From assembly GCA_021815205.1 (NCBI GenBank), contig JAKAHD010000005.1, forward strand, positions 1 to 59,085: DNA of 59,085 nucleotides, read 5' to 3'. Of the stretch, positions 27,315 to 33,989 are shown piece after piece (the first letter of the stretch is position 1; each line of letters opens with the position of its first letter). Position numbers and translations under genes: made by a program. This stretch comes from a bacterium. Its GTDB lineage: Bacteria; Patescibacteriota; Minisyncoccia; UBA6257; GWB1-50-10. A model generated the notes under the pieces. The model was given only the letters and a program-made list of their open reading frames with translations, searched no databases and had not been told where the DNA came from.

Positions 27315-27918
27315 GGAAGTTCTTACGCCCGCGCAGATTGCCCTTCTGCCGCTTGTGAAAAAATTCTCCTCCCATTTCGGGCTGGCGGGCGGCACCGCGA
27401 TTGCATTGCACATCGGGCATCGCGAGTCGGTTGATTTTAATCTCTTTGCGCTCAAGGAGTTCAGGAACTTCGAGGCGAGAAAAAAGATAGTGTCGTTCGG
27501 AAAGATCCAGCGCACGGTTACCGACGAGAAAGACCAGTTTACGGTGGTTGTAAGGGGAGTACGCCTCACGTTGCTTCATTATCCTTTTCCCGTGCGTTTC
27601 CCGGAACGATTTGAGAGCGTTATCAGGATACCCGATCTTCTAACGCTTGCGGCGATGAAAGCGTACGCGCTGGGACGGCGCGCCAAGTGGAAAGATTATG
27701 TTGATCTCTATTATATCGCAACGCGGTACGGCAGTCTTACCCCGATTATAAAAAAGGCGAAAGCGATATTCAAAACCGAATTCAACGAGAAGAATTTCCG
27801 CGTGCAGCTCGCATACTTTAAGGATATTGATTACAGCGAGAAGGTTATATATATGAAAGGATTCGCCGTTCCGGATGCCGCAATACGGAAAGAGCTCACT
27901 CGCTTGAGCATTGAGTAG
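27307..27918 (+). CDS. AbiEii/DUF1814-like nucleotidyltransferase (type IV TA toxin family)
   Basis: GLAGGTAIALHIGHRESVDFNLF and MKAYALGRRAKWKDYVDLYYI match family hallmarks recalled from memory. Confidence 0.65.
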   Translation: MHKEVLTPAQIALLPLVKKFSSHFGLAGGTAIALHIGHRESVDFNLFALKEFRNFEARKKIVSFGKIQRTVTDEKDQFTVVVRGVRLTLLHYPFPVRFPERFESVIRIPDLLTLAAMKAYALGRRAKWKDYVDLYYIATRYGSLTPIIKKAKAIFKTEFNEKNFRVQLAYFKDIDYSEKVIYMKGFAVPDAAIRKELTRLSIE

Positions 27919-28168
27919 CGATGCGATACAAGAAACATCCTTCGCTTTGATGGTCGGTCAGGTGGAGTTTCCATAAGGCGCCGAGGTTCAACCTCGGCAT
28001 TTTAGAGTTCAAGAAATGCAGGTAAACCCGACGCCATAAGCTTATGTCTGTGGCTTTTTTATTACGAAGAAATACTTTTCCTTTTTATCTACAGTGGATT
28101 AGGGTTGAAATGATATTTAGTTTTCTGAGTGAAGTTGAACCTCACTTAGGGGAGTTATTGCACGTAAG

Positions 28169-29473
28169 ATGACAAGAATCCGGGGGTGCGGTATGATGCT
28201 CCCTATGGAGAAAGTAACGCGCGTAAAGTTGAAGAACGAGCTTCGGGTGATCCTTGTGCCGCAGGCGGGGAGCTTTGCGACGACCGTGATGGTGATGGTC
28301 GAGGCGGGTTCAAAGTACGAGACGCGGGAGAAGAACGGCATCTCGCACTTTTTGGAACACATGTGCTTCAAGGGTACGACAAAGCGCCCGCGCCCGATTG
28401 ATATCGCCTCCGAGCTCGATGCTTTAGGCGCGCAGTACAACGCCTTCACGGGCCAGGAATTTACCGCGTACTATGCGAAGGTGAAACGCGAGCATTTCGG
28501 CGACGCATTGAACGTTGTCTCCGATTTATATTTGAATCCGGTTTTCGACCCCACGGAGATCGAAAAAGAAAAGGGAGTGATTATTGAGGAGCTCAACATG
28601 TACGAGGACACGCCGGCGCGGCGCGTAGGGGAGCTCTTTATGGAACTTGTTTACGGCGATCAGCCCGCAGGATGGAATATTGGAGGAAAAAAAGAAGTGA
28701 TTAAGAAAATTACACGAAACGATTTTTTGGAATACCGCGCGCAACACTATCTCCCGCAAGCGACGATCGTGGTCGTTGCGGGCGGCTTCAATCCGAAAGG
28801 CGCCATCCGGGCGATCGAGAGACATTTTTCGGTGCTCCCGAACGGCACGAAGGGCGTGAAGGTGAGGGTGAAAGAATCGCAAAAGAAACCGCAAGAACTC
28901 GTGCACTTCAAGGAGTCCGACCAGACGCATCTCGTCTTGGGCTTCAGGGCATGCGATGCGCACGACGAGCGGCGGTTCGCGCTCGAGGTTCTGGCGGAGA
29001 TCTTGGGCGGCGGGATGAGCTCACGGCTTTTTCAGAGTATTCGCGAAGGGCTCGGCGCCGCGTACTATGTGCGCGCGGACACGGATCTCTACACCGATCA
29101 CGGACTCTTTATGATGGCGGCGGGCGCAGAGCACTCGAAGCTGGAGCTTGTGATCAAAACCGCGCTCAAAGAATTCTCAAAAATGAAGGAAGAAAAAGTG
29201 AGCGCCGCGGATTTGAAGAAAGCGAAGGAACATCTCCTAGGGAATCTTTTCTTATCGCTCGAGACCTCTGACGAACTCGCGAATTATTATGCGCTCGAGG
29301 AGGTGATGGGCATGAAGCTCTCGACGCCCGAGGCGCTCGCGCGGAGGATCCAGGCCGTTACGGCGGATGAGGTGCGGCATGCGGCGCGGGCATTCTTCAA
29401 GAATGACCGTCTGAACCTCTCAATTATAGGGCCGTTTCGGAAGAAGAGCTTTCTTGATATACTGAGGGTGTAA
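28169..29473 (+). CDS. M16 (pitrilysin/insulinase) family zinc peptidase
   Basis: GISHFLEHMCFKGT (HxxEH). The start could be one of the internal ATGs near 28193. Confidence 0.85.
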   Translation: MTRIRGCGMMLPMEKVTRVKLKNELRVILVPQAGSFATTVMVMVEAGSKYETREKNGISHFLEHMCFKGTTKRPRPIDIASELDALGAQYNAFTGQEFTAYYAKVKREHFGDALNVVSDLYLNPVFDPTEIEKEKGVIIEELNMYEDTPARRVGELFMELVYGDQPAGWNIGGKKEVIKKITRNDFLEYRAQHYLPQATIVVVAGGFNPKGAIRAIERHFSVLPNGTKGVKVRVKESQKKPQELVHFKESDQTHLVLGFRACDAHDERRFALEVLAEILGGGMSSRLFQSIREGLGAAYYVRADTDLYTDHGLFMMAAGAEHSKLELVIKTALKEFSKMKEEKVSAADLKKAKEHLLGNLFLSLETSDELANYYALEEVMGMKLSTPEALARRIQAVTADEVRHAARAFFKNDRLNLSIIGPFRKKSFLDILRV

Positions 29474-30501
29474 TGGAAAATCCTTCCACGCGACACATTG
29501 AAATCAGTTGGCTTACGCTATGGCGCATATTTATCTTCGTCGCGTTGATTGCGCTTCTTTACTTTGCCCGAAACGCGTTCGCGGTGTTTTTTCTTGGCGT
29601 CGTGATTTCCCTTGGTATCGAGCCGTTTGTCGCGTTTCTCTCGGCAAAACTGCGCATTAAGCGCCTCGTTGCGGTGCTCGCGGCGCTCCTTCTCGTCGTT
29701 GCGGGTATTGGGCTCGCGGCGTACCTTATTATTCCCGTATTGCTTCGGGAAGTGAGCGGTTTCATCGCGCACTTCACTCAGACGATTTCCCTTATTCCAG
29801 GGCTCTCGATCCCTTCCTTTAATCTTCAAAACACCCCGTTCAATCTCAATCAGATGTGGAGTGTAATAGGGGCGGGGGGATCACTCTCAAATTTCATAAT
29901 GAGCTTTTTGGGAGGAATTATCCTCTTCTTCGGGGCGATCGTGATTACGCTCTATCTTTCGATCGAGAGAGAAGGAACCGAAAAAATGTTTCGCATTGCG
30001 CTTCCCGCGGCGTACGAACGCCCCGTACTCGCCGTTTTCGAGGGGTTCAAAAAGAAAATGCGCCGATGGCTCGGGACGCAGGTGGTTTTAAGCGCCTTTA
30101 TTGGCATTGCGGTGGGCTTAGGCATGTGGCTTATCGGCGTCCGCTACCCGCTCGTTTTGGGGGTCTTAGCGGCGCTCTTGGAAGTCGTGCCGATTATTGG
30201 TCCGATCGTCACGGGGGCGGTTGCGTTTCTCGTTGCTGCATCCGATTCCTTGATTCTCGCGGTCTATGCCGTCATCTTTTTCTTCGTGCTCCAGCAATTT
30301 GAGAATCACGTACTCGTCCCGGTTGTGATGGGAAAGAGCATGCGGGTGCATCCGGTTGTGGTGGTAGTCTCGCTCCTTGCGGGAGGAGAAGTCGCGGGGT
30401 TCATTGGTATTATTCTCTCGGTGCCCGTTGCCGTCCTTGTGCAAGAGATATTCGATCATATTGCGGCACGAAAAGGGAGGAGTTCGACGCTTGAGTTATA
30501 A
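29473..30501 (+). CDS. AI-2E (PerM/UPF0118) family transporter
   Basis: 8 TM segments. LEVVPIIGPIVTGAVAFLVA and QQFENHVLVPVVMGKS. Confidence 0.8.
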   Translation: MENPSTRHIEISWLTLWRIFIFVALIALLYFARNAFAVFFLGVVISLGIEPFVAFLSAKLRIKRLVAVLAALLLVVAGIGLAAYLIIPVLLREVSGFIAHFTQTISLIPGLSIPSFNLQNTPFNLNQMWSVIGAGGSLSNFIMSFLGGIILFFGAIVITLYLSIEREGTEKMFRIALPAAYERPVLAVFEGFKKKMRRWLGTQVVLSAFIGIAVGLGMWLIGVRYPLVLGVLAALLEVVPIIGPIVTGAVAFLVAASDSLILAVYAVIFFFVLQQFENHVLVPVVMGKSMRVHPVVVVVSLLAGGEVAGFIGIILSVPVAVLVQEIFDHIAARKGRSSTLEL

Positions 30502-30523
30502 GCTTATCTTGGAAGCCAGCATT

Positions 30524-30594
30524 GTCATCCTGAACGAAGTGAAGGATCTGATCCGTGAAGAGATTCTTCTCTCCCATAGGGAGAGAAGAATGAC
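30524..30594. repeat. GTCATYCTGA-type palindromic mini-element (short form)
   Basis: GTCATCCTGAAC ... AGAAGAATGAC, with hairpin TTCTCTCCCATAGGGAGAGAA. Confidence 0.7.
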
Positions 30595-30612
30595 AATATG
30601 CGTTTGTAAATC

Positions 30613-32070
30613 ATGAACAAGAAGAGATTTTACATTACAACAACCTTGCCATACGTGAACGCGGCGCCGCACGTCGGTTTCGCGCTCGAGATCGTGCAGG
30701 CGGACGCGATCGCGCGGTATCACAGGGAGCTCCTCGGCGAGGAGGTGTTTTTTAATACAGGCACCGATGAGCATGGGCTCAAGATTTACCAGAAGGCAAT
30801 CGAGGAAGGAAAAGACCCACAGGCGTACACGGACGAGTATGCGGCGAAATTCGATCATCTGAAGCAAGCGCTGAATCTGAGTTACGACAATTTCATCCGC
30901 ACCACCGATTCGTACCATGTCGCCGCGGCGCAGGAGTTCTGGAAGCGGTGCGCCGCGCACGGCGACATCGAGAAAAAAATCTATAAGACGAAATACTGCG
31001 TAGGATGCGAACTTGAGAAGACCGACTCGGAGCTCGAAGACGGGCGATGTTCCATCCATCCGAACATGGATATCCAGACAGTGGAAGAGGAAAATTATTT
31101 TTTCAAGTTTTCGAACTCCCAAAGTGCATTACTCGAATTGTATGCGAGGAACCCCGATTTTGTAATCCCGCCGTCCCGCCTCGGAGAGATACGGAAGTTC
31201 ATTGAAGGGGGAATCCAGGACTTCAGCGTCTCGCGCTTGAAGCGCAAGATGCCGTGGGGCGTGCCGGTGCCCGGCGATCCGGAGCATGTGATGTATGTAT
31301 GGTTCGACGCGCTCGTAAATTACGTTTCGGCGCTCGGATGGCCTGAAGACACAAAAAAATTCGAAGCATTCTGGGGAACGAAGGAGCTTCCGAACGCGAT
31401 TCAAATTGCGGGGAAAGACAACCTGCGCCAGCAGTCCGCTATGTGGCAGGCAATGCTCATTTCGGCGGGCCTTCCGCCGTCAAGACATATTCTTATTCAT
31501 GGATTTATCATAAGCGGCGGACAGAAGATGTCGAAGAGCTTGGGAAATGTCATCGATCCCTTCGAGATCGTGGAGCGCTATGGGACCGATGCGTTGCGCT
31601 ACTATCTGCTCCGGGAAGTACCGACATTCGAAGATGGCGACTTCACCATCGAGCGATTTGCCGAGGCCTACCGCGCGAACCTTGTAAACGGGCTCGGGAA
31701 CTCGGTGAGCAGAATTGTGAAGATGGCGGTCTTAAGCGGCGTAGACACGATGTATGAAGCGGATTTCGCGCACGACCCCGCGTTTGCCGCGTTTAAAGAA
31801 TATATGGACCGTTTCGAACTCAAGAAGGCGGCGGATGGAATCTGGGAGCGGATAGGGAATCTTGACAAGAAAATCGACGAGACGAAGCCATTTAAATTAG
31901 TAAGGGAGAATCCGGGAGCCGCAAAAAAGATTTTACGCGAGCTTATTGAAGAAATATGGAAGATTGATTATATGTTGAAATCCTTTCTGCCCGAAACAAG
32001 CAAAAAAATCGAAGCGATTTTGAAACATCCCGAAACAATCGTGCCGCTCTTTCCGAGAATCGATGCATAG
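30613..32070 (+). CDS. metG: Methionyl-tRNA synthetase (short form)
   Basis: FYITTTLPYVNAAPHVGFALE (HIGH-type), a CxxC...C zinc knuckle, and KMSKSLGN. Confidence 0.95.
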   Translation: MNKKRFYITTTLPYVNAAPHVGFALEIVQADAIARYHRELLGEEVFFNTGTDEHGLKIYQKAIEEGKDPQAYTDEYAAKFDHLKQALNLSYDNFIRTTDSYHVAAAQEFWKRCAAHGDIEKKIYKTKYCVGCELEKTDSELEDGRCSIHPNMDIQTVEEENYFFKFSNSQSALLELYARNPDFVIPPSRLGEIRKFIEGGIQDFSVSRLKRKMPWGVPVPGDPEHVMYVWFDALVNYVSALGWPEDTKKFEAFWGTKELPNAIQIAGKDNLRQQSAMWQAMLISAGLPPSRHILIHGFIISGGQKMSKSLGNVIDPFEIVERYGTDALRYYLLREVPTFEDGDFTIERFAEAYRANLVNGLGNSVSRIVKMAVLSGVDTMYEADFAHDPAFAAFKEYMDRFELKKAADGIWERIGNLDKKIDETKPFKLVRENPGAAKKILRELIEEIWKIDYMLKSFLPETSKKIEAILKHPETIVPLFPRIDA

Positions 32071-32124
32071 GAAAAATGAAAGACGAGAATAGTGTTCCCG
32101 TCTTTTAATTTTTGAATGGAGGCG

Positions 32125-32760
32125 TCATCGATTTTTGATGACGATTTTCTGAATCTCCTGAAATGAGGAGATTTTTTGTTTTCCTCCGTAGTTGGGTTTC
32201 GCGGCCGCGATCTGGCGGAAAGAATGGTACCCGCCGCAGATGCCGATCGTTTTCACGCCGGCACGATTTCCCGCGAGGATGTCGTTGGAGGTGTCGGCGA
32301 CGAATACGGTTTCATCCGGTGATACTCCGTATCGGTTCATGAGATCGAGAATGCTCTTTGTTTTATTTTTTGAGCTTACTATTTCATCAACCCGTATTCC
32401 TTTGCGCCGCAACATCTTTTCGATTGTGCGGACGTTATTAAAACTCAAGACAACCGTTTTTATATCGAGCGGTCTGCATACCGCGAAGAACATTACTACA
32501 TCGAACGGAATGAGGAACTCTTTTATATGCTCGCGCACGTATTCTCGCTCCATTTTCCGTATCATTTTTTGGGAGAAAGAGATTTTATATTTTTTATAGA
32601 ATCTCTCCACCCCGTATCTCGTAATATCATGCATGAATTTGGAAAGTGGCGGAGGTTCTTTGCTGTCTTCGTGAAATATTTTTTGTATGAAACTATGGTA
32701 GATTTTCTGGCTGCGAACAATTGTTCCATCATGGTCCGAAATAAAAAGTTTAATACCCAT
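32125..32760 (-). CDS. HAD-superfamily hydrolase
   Basis: LFISDHDGTIV (DxDGT) and VFVADTSNDILAGNRAGVKTIG. Confidence 0.75.
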   Translation of the reverse strand: MGIKLFISDHDGTIVRSQKIYHSFIQKIFHEDSKEPPPLSKFMHDITRYGVERFYKKYKISFSQKMIRKMEREYVREHIKEFLIPFDVVMFFAVCRPLDIKTVVLSFNNVRTIEKMLRRKGIRVDEIVSSKNKTKSILDLMNRYGVSPDETVFVADTSNDILAGNRAGVKTIGICGGYHSFRQIAAAKPNYGGKQKISSFQEIQKIVIKNR

Positions 32761-32812
32761 AACAACCCTCTCTTCTTGTCTTATTGATATTGATTTTTAA
32801 AATAACGGTTTT

Positions 32813-32882
32813 ATCCCGTGAGAAGCAGAAAACCCCGTGGCGAACGCGGGGTTTACCACCCCGTATGGGCTTCTCACGGGAT
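32813..32882. repeat. Nested palindromic repeat (CCCGTGAGAAGC family), short form
   Basis: Equals the long form at 12128 minus the segment between its two CCCGTGG repeats. Confidence 0.85.
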
Positions 32883-32919
32883 TTATATTACGGAAATTTC
32901 GTGTATACTGCAAGTAATT

Positions 32920-33846
32920 ATGTCCACAGATCTGAAGTTTTTCGACGCGCATACCCATACGAACCTCGCGGCGTTCAGAGATGATTACCGGGAGGCGGTA
33001 GGGAGAATGCTCGACGCGGGCGGCGGGCTTATCAATGTCGGAACCCAGAAAGATACATCTCGCCGCGCGGTCGAGATCGCGCATGAATTCTCCTCCGAGG
33101 GCGGAGATGCACCGGTTTTCGCGGCCGTCGGTTTGCATCCGATCCACACAAGCGCCTCGTTTCACGACGAAGAAGAGCTTGGCCCCCCCTTCGCTCCTGC
33201 GGTCGGAGCTACGGGGGGCAAAGAGCGGCGAAACAGCTTCATGAGTAGAAGCGAAATATTCGACCACGAGTACTACAAAAAACTCGCCCTCGACCCGAAG
33301 GTGGTGGGGATTGGAGAATGCGGCCTCGACTACTACCGAATAGAGAATAACGAATTAGGAATTAGGGAAAAACAAATTGCGGCATTTGAGGAACAGATAA
33401 AATTGGCGCACGAGGTCCAAAAACCGCTCATGATTCACTGCAGGAAGGCGTTCAACGATCTCATCGATATTATAATTCATAATTCCAAGTTCCTGATTCA
33501 AGATAATCCGGGCATCATCCATTTTTTTACCGGTACAAAAGAGGATGCGGCAAAACTGCTGGAACTCGGATTCTCATTCACGTTCGGCGGCGTCGTGACC
33601 TTCCCGCCTAGGGCGGGCAAGCGCGAAGGGGATTACGATGAAGTGATAAAATTCTTGCCGCTTGACCGCATCTTGAGTGAGACGGATGCGCCATACGTCG
33701 CGCCGGTGCCCTATCGCGGGAAACGCAACGAGCCCATGTATGTACAAGAGGTAGTAAAAAAACTCGCCGAACTGAAAGAGATCTCCGAAGAGGAGATGAG
33801 GAGCATCACTGTGAAAAACACGAAGAGAGTCTTCGGGCTTGCGTAA
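32920..33846 (+). CDS. TatD-family metal-dependent hydrolase
   Basis: FFDAHTHTN, GECGLDY, MIHCR and ETDAPY. The ORF-track N-terminus (32818) is a translation of the repeat. Confidence 0.85.
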   Translation: MSTDLKFFDAHTHTNLAAFRDDYREAVGRMLDAGGGLINVGTQKDTSRRAVEIAHEFSSEGGDAPVFAAVGLHPIHTSASFHDEEELGPPFAPAVGATGGKERRNSFMSRSEIFDHEYYKKLALDPKVVGIGECGLDYYRIENNELGIREKQIAAFEEQIKLAHEVQKPLMIHCRKAFNDLIDIIIHNSKFLIQDNPGIIHFFTGTKEDAAKLLELGFSFTFGGVVTFPPRAGKREGDYDEVIKFLPLDRILSETDAPYVAPVPYRGKRNEPMYVQEVVKKLAELKEISEEEMRSITVKNTKRVFGLA

Positions 33847-33848
33847 GG

Positions 33849-33888
33849 TTTACTAACCTACGTGACGATCGTCACGTAGGTTAGTAAA
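33849..33888. repeat. 40-nt perfect palindrome
   Basis: TTTACTAACCTACGTGACGA|TCGTCACGTAGGTTAGTAAA. Confidence 0.9.
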
Positions 33889-33897
33889 GAGGTCAAA

Positions 33898-33933
33898 TAC
33901 CAAATTATAACGCCATGGCGTTATAATTTGGTA
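33898..33933. repeat. 36-nt perfect palindrome
   Basis: TACCAAATTATAACGCCA|TGGCGTTATAATTTGGTA. Confidence 0.9.
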
Positions 33934-33989
33934 GAGAATGGCGTTTTGAACGTCGTTCCTTTTTAGGGTACTATAAATCAATACAAAAC

